DNA of 63,716 nucleotides, filler included, from Reticulomyxa filosa (Eukaryota; Protista; Foraminifera): NCBI GenBank assembly GCA_000512085.1. It is 22 parts of 22 records of this genome, joined end to end, with 100 filler letters (N's around TTAATTAATTAA, not from the genome) between each part and the next. Parts side by side here need not be neighbours in the genome. Positions count along the whole stretch, not along the records: positions 62,717 to 63,716 come from ASPP01033533.1; 21 more parts are not named here. One strand, 5' to 3'. Shown piece by piece: positions 63,691 to 63,716 of this stretch (position 1 is its first letter; each line of letters starts with the position of its first letter). The notes under the pieces were generated by a model. It saw only the letters and a program-made list of their open reading frames with translations, ran no database searches and was not told where the DNA came from. The position numbers and the translations under genes were made by a program.

Positions 63691-63716
63691 GTATGAATGA
63701 GTTTATCAAAAAAAAA

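Noticed and set aside
1-63716. Alternative genetic code or prokaryotic operon/defence island
   Set aside because: Conserved genes translate with the standard code once GT-AG introns are removed; the content is eukaryotic.

Overview
This window is not one locus. It is 22 short, AT-rich, intron-containing eukaryotic contigs joined by 21 artificial 100-nt spacers (N44-TTAATTAATTAA-N44), so adjacency across a spacer means nothing. The gene families (expanded WD40, RING/TRAF-WD40, HEAT-repeat and NACHT genes; intron-rich beta-tubulin) resemble the foraminiferan Reticulomyxa filosa; this is my recollection and inference, not a search result. Recognisable genes: Ubl-RBR E3 ligase, SPX-M14 (AstE/AspA) deacylase fusion, NB-ARC-like STAND NTPase, RelA/SpoT-type nucleotidyltransferase, many WD40 genes and pseudogenes, atypical Ras GTPase, SCP/NIF phosphatase, GSK3-like kinase, DEP protein, HEAT array, CNNM/CBS protein, kinesin, NACHT fragment, beta-tubulin, a decayed non-LTR retrotransposon and an ORF1-like gene. 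Best candidates for novelty: (1) a CUE/UBA-like + Zn + RelA/SpoT-like nucleotidyltransferase that may be the effector end of NLR-like NACHT-HEAT receptors with hypervariable repeats; (2) a phase-consistent SPX-deacylase fusion; (3) a recurrent ~30-aa 'W-W box' exon that replaces RING-TRAF on WD40 propellers (putative cullin-adaptor motif); (4) introns with A-rich acceptors and self-complementary repeats. All exon models were made by eye.
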